Source: a virus (Duplodnaviria; Caudoviricetes). From it: DNA of 64,000 nucleotides. Below the pieces are notes generated by a model that saw only the letters and a program-made list of their open reading frames with translations, had not been told where the DNA came from and searched no databases. The first letter of the stretch is position 1. The number at the start of each line of letters is the position of its first letter. The DNA is taken from IMG/VR virus record IMGVR_UViG_3300024322_000001. One strand, given 5' to 3'. This document shows positions 7,564-17,100 of this stretch, piece after piece. The position numbers were made by a program, and so were the translations under genes.

Positions 7564-10500
7564 TATACTTTAGATTTAAGTTCGTCGATTTGTTTTTGCT
7601 GTTCTTTAATTGCTTCAATTAATAAAGGAACAATTTTTTCATAGTTAACAGCTTTATATCCATTATCTCTTGTAGTAACAGCTTCTGGTAATATTGATTC
7701 TATTTCTTGGGCTATAACACCTACATCTCTACCTGTATTACCATGTATTGTTTGTATTTCTTCTTTTGATAAAGATTTCCAGTCAAATGTATTACCTGAT
7801 ACTCCTATTACTTTACATAAAGCATTTTCAATAGGTTGAATATTTTCTTTTAATCTTCTATCGGAAGTAGCAAATGCTACAACATCGTTTGTCGCATCAA
7901 TTCTACCGGTTGTTGTATTAAGTGTTGTAGTACCCCCTACTTGTAAATGACATGCTACTGTGGCATTGTTCATGTAAGTAGTTTTTGTTGTAGTAGAAGC
8001 TAAACAACACCCTATAGCGTGAGAATAGTCGTGTTTAACACAGTTGCCTCGCCCGACTGTTGAAGCATAATCTGAGTGACATATATTGTTCATACAGCCT
8101 CCTAGAATAGAGGAATAATTAGAATTAAGGCAAACATTGTTGTACTCACCTCCTATTATGGAAGAAGCATATCCGGTGGCACGATTACAAAATCCTCCAC
8201 CGACAAAAGCAAGTGCTTGATCTTTAATTAAATTACATTTTCCGCCACCTATAGTACTAGCCAAGGCATTGCATATTCTGTTACAACATCCACCTGCAAT
8301 TGTAGCGCCACTGCAATTGCTTCCGCATATACAGTTTTGGATACCACCTCCTATTGTGTTCTGGGAACCATAGCTACAAGTATTTATAACGTTAGTAGAT
8401 CCTCCTGCTATTGTATTGCTAATATATCCGCATATTACATTACTATTTCCACCACCTATGGTATGGTAATTTCCAGCAGTAGAATTTTTAATTTGGTTAG
8501 CATTACCTCCCAGGATTGAACTCAAGTTTTGACATAATATACTATTACTACATCCTCCTGCTATGGTACCGGAATTAGACACTAAGATACAGTTAGATCC
8601 ACCTGAGCCTATAAATGCGAAGCAGGCTCCATCTATTTGATTTCGACAACCTGCTCCTATTATTGCATAGGCAGATCTTGACTCACTTTTAGGGTAATTG
8701 CAAGCTGTATCTAATATCTTGTTTTCATATCCTCCTACAATTGTTTGAATAGTTCCGAATTCCATTTTATTGTAACAACCTCCTCCTATAAAGTTTGCAC
8801 TACACATAGAACCGTTTCCTTTCACGCAGTTTAAAGTACCTCCTACAATTGTATTGTAGTAACCACCACCGGTGGAGATGCAGTTACAATTACCAGATGC
8901 GACTATACTTTGGTTACCGTTTATATAGTTTAAATTACCTCCGACTATGTTACATGAACCGAATGTTGAATTACCAGATGTTTTGTTAAGGAATACATTT
9001 TTATAATTAGCTACCACACAAATAGCAGAATCAAATGGTTCTGTACCTCCATATTCAAAGGTACATGAAGCAACTTTAACAGCTATTGTTTCATCATCAT
9101 CAGTCATTATCCCTAACTCCCCGCCGAAGTTATCATCACTGATATCGATTTTCCCTAAACCAGCATTATTGCATCCAAATTGACTACGATCTGCGAGAAA
9201 GTAGTTTCCTAGTGAATCTACACAGAAAGACTGACCGTCGTAAGTTAATCCTGATTCTCCTATAATACTAGTTGTCCCACCAGCAGTTAGTATCCTATTA
9301 TTAACTCCACCGGACATTGTAACTGTACCAGTACAAGTAGTAAACGCCGTTGAATTAAATGCATTTGAACCTAATTCTCTAGTTCCAACATCTCCACTAC
9401 TGTTAATCATTAATGAAGTTGCTTCTGAATTTTGTGCGGGTTGTAAGGCTATATTCAGCGCAGCAGTCACCAATTTCGTACCATCCCAAATTAATTTGTT
9501 GGTATTACCAAATGATGTAGTTCCGTTATAGAATGGAATATATGTAGATGTACCGTTACCAGTTAATGTACCGGTACAAGTAGTAAATCCGTAAGTGTTA
9601 TCCCAATTGGTATTACCATCTGTTATATACCCACATCCGTTAGCTATTTGATTGTTATTATTTGGTATATCAGAACTTATAGCAATTGTACCAGTTTGAT
9701 CAGGTAAAGTATATGTTCTATCTCCAGTTAATAGTCCTGCTAATAAAGTACCTTCGTATGCATCTGCGGCATTTCCTTCGAATACAACACCATTTGATGT
9801 CGATACAGTTTCTACATTATTAGTTGTTGTTGTTCCTGTTACAACTAAATCACCAGGTATAGTTACTGTATCGGTTGAATCACCAATTTGAACTGCGTTT
9901 GATCCAAAACCACCTGCTAAACGTATTTTTAAATTAGTAATAGAAACATCATCCACTTTCGTGTTACCTGCCAATGCTGTAGTAGATGTTGTACCTAATG
10001 TTAAGTTAGAAGTACCAGTACATGTAGTAAACGCTGTTGAATTAAATGCATTTGAACCTAATTCTCTAGTTCCAACTACATTTGAACCATTTATCATTAC
10101 AGCAGTTGATGCTGATGCTTGATTGGCTAGACCTGTAAGAGATAGAGTAGAGCTAATTGTATTAGTTTCTACATCTAAATTATTTACAAAAGTATAGTTA
10201 GATTTATCTGCTGTTATATCAGAACCTAAAATATGTACATTGGATTTGTCTGCACTAGAGTTATTAAAACCACCTGCTATACTACTAGAAGGGAGTATTA
10301 AACAGTTATTTTTACCTCCACCTATAAAGTTGTGGAGAGAACTTATATAGTTATCTTCACCTGTTACAATACCACTAAAACATGAGCTTAGGGTTATATT
10401 ATTACTACAACCACCTCCTATAAAACTACATGCTCCTGAGCCTGTGTTTAGCATACCGCCTACTATAGTAGCAAAATTACCGTTAGCACAGTTTTTACAC

Positions 10501-11534
10501 CCTCCTACAACAATTGTATGTCCACCATCGGTACCGCCGTTATAAGAAATATTGCAAGAACCTCCAGCTATAACATGCCCCTGATTAGTTGAAGAAACTA
10601 TACAGTTATTATACCCTCCTCCTATAACTGTATATCCTCCTGAGCCATGTATACTGTTATACCTACCGCCTCCAATAAAAGCATTAGTACTTGAGCATAT
10701 TTCGCTATCACGGCCTCCTGCTATTGAAGAAAAATCATCATATTGGATATTATGTCCTGAACCTATTTGTATATTTGTACTACCTGATATACCACCAGTT
10801 ACTGTTAAGCCTATACCTGGTGTGGTCATTGAATTAAATGAAGGGGGTAGAACATACAAACCGTGGGGAGAAAAGTTTGCAGTATCTATAAATACGTTAT
10901 TACATTCTTGTTTAAATGAAATATTACCTTTAGTTTGTCCTGAAGTAGCACAAGCTATTCTACCGTAAATAGCAGCATATAGTTTATTTGCAGCTGTACT
11001 TTTGCCCCAAAATTGAGCTGTTCCTAAAGTATCATTATCCGCTGGGGAAGCTGAATTTCTACAGAAAGTTAAATCTGGTGCAGAAGAAGCACCTGCGTCT
11101 GTAGAAGTTAATCTTAATAGATCGCCTGTACCTGTGTATGTTAAATCTAGGGTAGTACCATCATATGTAAAATTAGATGAACCATCTAAACTAGTAGTAC
11201 CGTTCCAAGTAGTTACTTGATTATTTACACCTGTGCCAGTTACAGTACCAGTACAAGTAGTAAACGCCGTTGAATTAAATGCGTTTGAACCTAAAGAATG
11301 ACGCTCTATCTGACCAGAAGTACTATTTCTTGTTAAAAAGTCTATGCTTGTATTAGCAGTCGAGTCTAGTGATGGTTCTGTACCTAAGGTAACTAGTCTC
11401 TCTAAATAGGTATCTCTTCCTAATTTTGATTCTCTTGAGTATATATCCTGAGCAGAATATATTCCTCCTGAAGATGTTATTTCGTTTAGTACCGCAGTAC
11501 TCCCTGAGGTAATTACTTTTTTCCAGTTTGGCAT
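7563..11534 (-). CDS. Long tail fibre with Cys-rich GG beta-helix repeats and C-terminal peptidase S74 chaperone
   Basis: SDRRLKENI...GVIAQE...AVNYEKIVPLLIEAIKE; many IGGGxxN repeats. Confidence 0.85.
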   Translation of the reverse strand: MPNWKKVITSGSTAVLNEITSSGGIYSAQDIYSRESKLGRDTYLERLVTLGTEPSLDSTANTSIDFLTRNSTSGQIERHSLGSNAFNSTAFTTCTGTVTGTGVNNQVTTWNGTTSLDGSSNFTYDGTTLDLTYTGTGDLLRLTSTDAGASSAPDLTFCRNSASPADNDTLGTAQFWGKSTAANKLYAAIYGRIACATSGQTKGNISFKQECNNVFIDTANFSPHGLYVLPPSFNSMTTPGIGLTVTGGISGSTNIQIGSGHNIQYDDFSSIAGGRDSEICSSTNAFIGGGRYNSIHGSGGYTVIGGGYNNCIVSSTNQGHVIAGGSCNISYNGGTDGGHTIVVGGCKNCANGNFATIVGGMLNTGSGACSFIGGGCSNNITLSSCFSGIVTGEDNYISSLHNFIGGGKNNCLILPSSSIAGGFNNSSADKSNVHILGSDITADKSNYTFVNNLDVETNTISSTLSLTGLANQASASTAVMINGSNVVGTRELGSNAFNSTAFTTCTGTSNLTLGTTSTTALAGNTKVDDVSITNLKIRLAGGFGSNAVQIGDSTDTVTIPGDLVVTGTTTTNNVETVSTSNGVVFEGNAADAYEGTLLAGLLTGDRTYTLPDQTGTIAISSDIPNNNNQIANGCGYITDGNTNWDNTYGFTTCTGTLTGNGTSTYIPFYNGTTSFGNTNKLIWDGTKLVTAALNIALQPAQNSEATSLMINSSGDVGTRELGSNAFNSTAFTTCTGTVTMSGGVNNRILTAGGTTSIIGESGLTYDGQSFCVDSLGNYFLADRSQFGCNNAGLGKIDISDDNFGGELGIMTDDDETIAVKVASCTFEYGGTEPFDSAICVVANYKNVFLNKTSGNSTFGSCNIVGGNLNYINGNQSIVASGNCNCISTGGGYYNTIVGGTLNCVKGNGSMCSANFIGGGCYNKMEFGTIQTIVGGYENKILDTACNYPKSESRSAYAIIGAGCRNQIDGACFAFIGSGGSNCILVSNSGTIAGGCSNSILCQNLSSILGGNANQIKNSTAGNYHTIGGGNSNVICGYISNTIAGGSTNVINTCSYGSQNTIGGGIQNCICGSNCSGATIAGGCCNRICNALASTIGGGKCNLIKDQALAFVGGGFCNRATGYASSIIGGEYNNVCLNSNYSSILGGCMNNICHSDYASTVGRGNCVKHDYSHAIGCCLASTTTKTTYMNNATVACHLQVGGTTTLNTTTGRIDATNDVVAFATSDRRLKENIQPIENALCKVIGVSGNTFDWKSLSKEEIQTIHGNTGRDVGVIAQEIESILPEAVTTRDNGYKAVNYEKIVPLLIEAIKEQQKQIDELKSKV
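9325..11294. repeat. Three near-identical 50-65 bp direct repeats (LGSNAFNSTAFTTCTGT) at about 9325-9389, 10012-10076 and 11245-11294
   Basis: gtaccagtaca(a/t)gtagtaaacgc(c/t)gttgaattaaatgc(a/g)tttgaacctaa seen three times. Confidence 0.9.
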
Positions 11535-11545
11535 ATCTTGTCTAT

Positions 11546-11594
11546 TTACGGTTGGCTACTGACTATTCAGTCCACTTCCCTTACGGGCCAATAA
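11546..11594 (-). ncRNA. Candidate structured cis-regulatory RNA (three-way junction) in the fibre-gene 5' UTR
   Basis: TTATTGG-[CCC GTAA GGG]-AAGTG-[GACT GAAT AGTC]-AGTAG-CCAACCGTAA; GC-rich island between TATTTATA (11604) and the ATG (11534). Confidence 0.5.
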
Positions 11595-11603
11595 TTAGTT
11601 TAA

Positions 11604-11611
11604 TATAAATA
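11604..11611 (-). promoter_or_regulatory. TATTTATA putative late-promoter motif
   Basis: Exact intergenic copy. Confidence 0.6.
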
Positions 11612-11634
11612 GGTAGTATAAGAGGAAAGTATTA

Positions 11635-11820
11635 TTACTTTTTTAACTGTTTAGACAGTTTTGTGAAGATAGAGTAAAACTGTTCAAATTCAGCTCCTGT
11701 AAATTGAGCTGTTTTCATTTTATCTAAAAGAAACTGGATTTCTTTCTTGGTTAGTTCATTATTAACGTTAGAAATAGTAGTTGTCTTTTTATGAATTAAT
11801 TTGTTGCTCTTGATTGGCAT
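11635..11820 (-). CDS. Small hypothetical protein
   Basis: 61-aa ORF filling the gap between fibre genes; LTKKEIQFLL...F.G.E.E helical pattern. Confidence 0.55.
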   Translation of the reverse strand: MPIKSNKLIHKKTTTISNVNNELTKKEIQFLLDKMKTAQFTGAEFEQFYSIFTKLSKQLKK

Positions 11821-11842
11821 AACTTATTCTCTAAGTTTAAGC

Positions 11843-11865
11843 AAGAAAAGGGGGCGTTAGCCCCC
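11843..11865 (-). terminator. Rho-independent terminator
   Basis: GGGGGC-TAAC-GCCCCC followed by TTTTCTT on the minus strand. Confidence 0.8.
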
Positions 11866-11911
11866 CGTTCCTGAATAAAAAATTATTTACTAGCAAAAAA
11901 ACTTGATAGTA

Positions 11912-13480
11912 TTACTCTGTGTAGATGTAAATCTCTCCACCATCTACTCTAATGTTACCATTCTTTCTATAAGCTGCAAGATCTGAAGTAACTACTGCTG
12001 AAGCATAAGCATCTGCTGTAATTGCTGTCTGTCCTTCAGTTGCTCCTGCTGCATCAAATGCCCATCTTTCTTCTGAGTTATCCCATCCGAAAGATACACC
12101 AGCTCCTTCTACAACTATACCACCATCGGCAGCAGAACCACCATCGTTCAAGTTGATGAATTGATCTGTTACATTTAAGTTAGTTACGTCAACAGTAGTA
12201 GTATCACCGCTTACTGTTAAATTACCAGTTACTACTAAATCGTTTCCGATAGTAATAGTATCGTTTGAATCTCCAATAGTTAGAGTACCTAAGTTAGCAT
12301 TAAGAGCGGCTTTTACGTTAGTAGTATCAGTAACGTCTGCATTATCTTCTACACCTGTTGCAGTTGAGTATGTACTGTTATCTACAGTATAAGTACCTGC
12401 ACCAGTTCTTTTCATAAATCCGTTGGATGTAAAATCTCCATCCATAATAGCACCTGCTGCTGCTACATTAGTTGCATCTGTTATATCTGCTAAGGCTTCA
12501 ATATTAGATAATTTGGATCTTTCTGTTGATGTGATAATTGCTCCTGAACCTACAGAACTAACATCTGATAAATCAGTTACACTCTCACCAGAAATATCTT
12601 GTAAAGCAGTATCTGCTCTACCACCTTGTGCTGCTGTTGCAAAAGTTGATTTATCTTCTATTGCTGCTGTTCCTAAACCTAAAGTAGCTCTAGCTGTTCC
12701 AGCATCTACATCATCAACTAAAGTTGCACCGAAAGTACTTACTTTAGATCCAGGAAAAGCATTATCTGCTTTAATTCCTTGTGCTGCAGTTGCATAGTCT
12801 GAAGAATCAAAAGATTTAACCTGTGCAAGGTTAGTTACTTCTGAATCCATTAATGCACCTGAAATATCTAAAGCTAAAGCTCCGGAAACTGCTGATAATT
12901 CTGCATCTGTTGCAAAGTTAGCATCTAATGAACCAGTGAAAGTATTTAATGCTCCAATCGAACCTCTTTCTGCTGCTGTGATTATTTGTCCTGAACCTGC
13001 AGAACTTACATCTGTTAAATCAGTTACACTCTCACCAGAAATATCCTGTAAAGCATTATCTGCTGTATTACCTTGTGCTGCTGTTGCAAAAGCTGATTTA
13101 TCTTCTAATGCTGCTGATCCTAAACCTAAAGTAGTTTGAGCTGCAGTAGCATTTGCATCATCAACTAAGCTAGCACCAAACGTCGATATTGTTGTGTTAG
13201 CTGGTAGAGATAATGTTTTAATATCTGCATCAACTTCTGTGTCCATTAATGCTCCAGCTGCTTGTACATTTGTAAAATCAGTTACGTCTGCGTTATTTTC
13301 AACACCTGTTGCTGTACTATAAGTACCGAAATCACTAATCTGTGATTCAGTAATAGTAATGTCACCTTCATGTGCGGTTACATCTCCTGATGTGACCGTA
13401 TAATCGGTTAAGTAATTTGCATCGTTAGCAAGCTGTGCAACGCCACTGCCTGAAACGATAATTTTTTTCCATTCTGCCAT
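11912..13480 (-). CDS. Fibre/whisker-like structural protein with internal duplications
   Basis: N-terminus MAEWKKIIVSGS resembles 7563..11534; duplicated ~70-aa TFGAxLVDD...ATAAQG...LQDISGESVTDL blocks; GNLTVSG...VTDQFINLN fibre motif. Confidence 0.7.
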   Translation of the reverse strand: MAEWKKIIVSGSGVAQLANDANYLTDYTVTSGDVTAHEGDITITESQISDFGTYSTATGVENNADVTDFTNVQAAGALMDTEVDADIKTLSLPANTTISTFGASLVDDANATAAQTTLGLGSAALEDKSAFATAAQGNTADNALQDISGESVTDLTDVSSAGSGQIITAAERGSIGALNTFTGSLDANFATDAELSAVSGALALDISGALMDSEVTNLAQVKSFDSSDYATAAQGIKADNAFPGSKVSTFGATLVDDVDAGTARATLGLGTAAIEDKSTFATAAQGGRADTALQDISGESVTDLSDVSSVGSGAIITSTERSKLSNIEALADITDATNVAAAGAIMDGDFTSNGFMKRTGAGTYTVDNSTYSTATGVEDNADVTDTTNVKAALNANLGTLTIGDSNDTITIGNDLVVTGNLTVSGDTTTVDVTNLNVTDQFINLNDGGSAADGGIVVEGAGVSFGWDNSEERWAFDAAGATEGQTAITADAYASAVVTSDLAAYRKNGNIRVDGGEIYIYTE

Positions 13481-13537
13481 GTTAAATAATTTTAAATTTT
13501 AATTGTTTTTTGTTACTATAATAAATATGTTATACTT

Positions 13538-14179
13538 CTAAATACCGAAATAAAAATTACCGTCAATATCTCTATACATCCCGCCATCTACCGGTGGTGG
13601 AGTTACTGATTGAGAAGTAAACACTAATACTCCATTTCCTTGAATTGAAAACATTTGTTTAGAACCTGAATTGATAGTTATCGGATCAGATGAACCGTTA
13701 TATTGGAATTCAATTGAACCGGTAACTTGTAAGTCGTTAGTTGTTGAATATGCTGAACCTGTTGCAGTAAATATACCGCTTGTAGCTAATCCATTAATTG
13801 CATTGATAAAGTGACTAGAGCCTGTGTCTAATGATAGAGTAGCAGCACCTGAATTTGCTCCTCCTGATAATCCGTCACCTGCAGTAACAGCAGTTATATC
13901 TCCTGATCCGTCGCCACCTCCTCCAGGCCATGCGAAACTTTCAAATGTATACGTACTAAATGGAAATGAACCGGCAATTACTAATTGGTATAATTCTTCT
14001 GTTCCATTAATATAGAAAATTTGACCATTCGTCAGCTTTCCTTTTAATGTAGCACTACCTGTATAAGCATTCATATCAGCTACAGTATCAACTGTCTGCC
14101 ATCCACCTTGTATTGCGGTAATGTCTGTTAACTTACCGCCTGTGGTTATCGCTATATCTGTACTAATGTTTATTGGCAT
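13538..14179 (-). CDS. Virion structural/fibre protein
   Basis: GDITAVTAGDGLSGG fibre repeat; G/S/T-rich; sits in the fibre cluster. Confidence 0.6.
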   Translation of the reverse strand: MPINISTDIAITTGGKLTDITAIQGGWQTVDTVADMNAYTGSATLKGKLTNGQIFYINGTEELYQLVIAGSFPFSTYTFESFAWPGGGGDGSGDITAVTAGDGLSGGANSGAATLSLDTGSSHFINAINGLATSGIFTATGSAYSTTNDLQVTGSIEFQYNGSSDPITINSGSKQMFSIQGNGVLVFTSQSVTPPPVDGGMYRDIDGNFYFGI

Positions 14180-14191
14180 ATTCTATAGGTA

Positions 14192-17100
14192 TTATTGTGT
14201 TGATGATGGAGCCGAACCACTCGACGCCATTAGAAAATAAGTTATATCAGATGTTGCATCTCCTTGTGTAAATAATACTCCAAATCGATCAATAGAAGTG
14301 TTAGGGTAAGTATTACCGCTGTCAAAGTCAAAATATCTTACATAAGCAGATTGTGGTGCATCATTAATTCCTGTTCCAACCCTATCTGCAAATAGAACAT
14401 ATTCTCCTGCTGTTGCTCCTCCTACACTATTTGCCATTGTTTTAGGTAGAGTAAAGTCTGAACCAGAAGGGAATACAATTACTAAACTTGAATTTCCTTG
14501 TGAACCTGTAGCTTGATTTAAATCACTAAGTAGAGCAGTTGTTCTATCTCCGCTTAATCCTAATCCGCTTCCAACTTCTATTGTCTTAGTAATACCTAGC
14601 CCACTATGTATTGTATGAGTTATGGTACCTTGACCTATATTACCTCCTGCAAAAGCAGCAAATGTACTGTTAGCATCTGTTGTTCCGTCATCGTTTGCAT
14701 CTCCTAACATTGTCAAAGCATTAGCTTCAGATGTAGCATAAACTCCACCTTCATACATATAAGCATACCAGCTCACTGCTGGTGCTGCAACTGTTATACT
14801 ATCACTATCTGTTCCAACTTTATCAAATGAATCAGTTGCATTTGCAGTAAACGAATAAGTGCCAGCTGTTAACGAACTATTTGCTGTAATATTCCAAAGA
14901 GTACCGTTTTCGTTTGCCGATGTTACAGTAAAGTCTGAAGCATCTGTTCCTGATAAAGTTAATGTTATAGGGTAGTCTGATTCAGTATCTCCAACTGAGA
15001 TAGTACCTACATTGGTTCCGTTGCTTATTTCTCCTTCTTTTAATCCGCTAGATAATGATATAGATACTGATGGGGCTAAATTAGCAAATACATTAGCTGT
15101 TACAGTACCAGAGCCTATATTACCAAATTGATCTTGATATGTTATAGTACTTACTATTGTATCACCCGAGCTTGTTGCAGAACCGCTTATATCAACTCCT
15201 AAACTTAAATTACCATTACTATTAATTACTATGGCTGCGTTAGAAGAAGTAAATGCTTGGACTGAAGGTGAACCGTATGACGTTGAATAGCTTACTCCTA
15301 CGTCTGCTGCATTACCGTTATTATATCCAGTTGCATCTCTAAATACGTCTCCTGATTCAGCTGACTCTATTACGTATATTGTTGTGTCACCATTTAAGGT
15401 ACCGTTGTCTGCTTGTGCTACTGTAAATGAATCTGATTCTGTACTAGTAGCAAATCCATGTTCATCTGTTATAGAGACAGAGTATGTATAAGTAGCTGCT
15501 GGTAAATTAGTATTAGGCTGTATAAGGTAACTATTTCCACTTTTTACTGCATTAAGTTTACCTGAAGCATCTGTTAATATAAATGAACCATAATCAATTC
15601 CGTCTCCTTCATTATCTGAGAATGAAACCGTAGTTAAAGTATTGCCTGGTCTTGCTAAGTTCGTATTATGATTGCCAGCAGTATCACTAAAGTATATAGT
15701 TGGTGCTGCATTATCAGTTATATTAACTGTAATTGATCCGCTTCCTATATTACCGTATTGATCTTGGAAATTAATAGTTGATGATATAGTACTACCTCCT
15801 ACATTTCCACTGCCGCTAATATCGTTTCCAACAGTTAAGTTACCATTAGAATTAACAGCAATTAGTGCGTTAGATGAAGTAAATGCTTGCACTGCTTGAC
15901 TACCATATGATGGTGAGTATGCTACGCTTAAATCTCCTTGGGTACCGCTTCTACCGCTTGTACCTAATACTATACTGTCTCCACTTTCTGCTGATTCAAT
16001 TACGTATAAAGTTCCGTTTACACTTAATGAACCAACTACTGCTTGTGCAATAGTAAAGTTGTGAGTAGATGTTCTAGTAGCAAATCCTTGTTGATCTGAT
16101 ATACTTGCTGTAATTTGGTAATTACCTGCTGCAAGCGTATCTGTAGCTCTAATTAAGTAGCTATCTCCTGATTTTACTGCGGTAAGATTAGCGCCTGCAA
16201 AAGTAGCAGAGAATGAGTCATGGTCTAAAGCATTTCCTTCTGGGTCAGAAAATGTAATAGTAACTAAGTTATTACTATTTGCTCTAGCTTTGTTTGTATT
16301 TAAATTAGCACTAGTATTACTAAACGTAATATTAGGTGCTTGATTATCTGTTACGTTAACAGAAAATGCTTGAGTAGAAAATGAACCAAATGAATTAGTT
16401 GCTGTTACTACTCCATCTATTTGGGATCCTCCTGCTGTGGCAGAACCTGAAATATCTCTACCTGCAAATAAGTAACCAGAAGAATCTATAGTAAAGTCGT
16501 TAGATGAGCTGACTGACCATGTTACTGATTGGTTAGATGAGAATATCGAGACAGTACCCGAGTATCCATTACTATTATCGTAAATATTATCTCCATTGAC
16601 TGCAGACTCTATTACATATAATGTTGTGTCTCCACTTATTGAAGGAGTGGTATCATCAGCAATCGGTATACTTATCAGACCTTTATCTGTACCTGTATTA
16701 TATGCGTCAGTTACCCTTACTTCATATATGTACTTATTAATTATATCAGAGTTTAATAGAACTCCAGCTTTCCTTGTTACTACTCCATTAGTAGATATAG
16801 AAAAGGCATCTTCATGTGGATCTGTTGCTGCTGAAGTACCAGAGTAGGAACCAGTTGCTACTGGGTTTCCATCTAGTTCTAAACTATGTAATCTAGCGTT
16901 TGCAAAAGTAATAGTATTTCCTTCTGGATCTGTTGCGGTGATGCTTCCTGCTGTTGTTCCATCGATACTACTTTCATTAACACCAGTAAGTGTTTGGTTA
17001 TTAACAGTTGGCTGTGCATTATCTACTACTGTGATACTTATAGGTAGCATTGTTACTGCATCAGCATCGTCTCCTGCAACTGCATGTTCATCAGAAGCAG

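Noticed and set aside
11546-11594. Hammerhead ribozyme or tRNA reading of the structured UTR
   Set aside because: It lacks the CUGANGA/GAAA core in the correct arrangement and has no cloverleaf; no tRNA was recognised anywhere in the window by eye.
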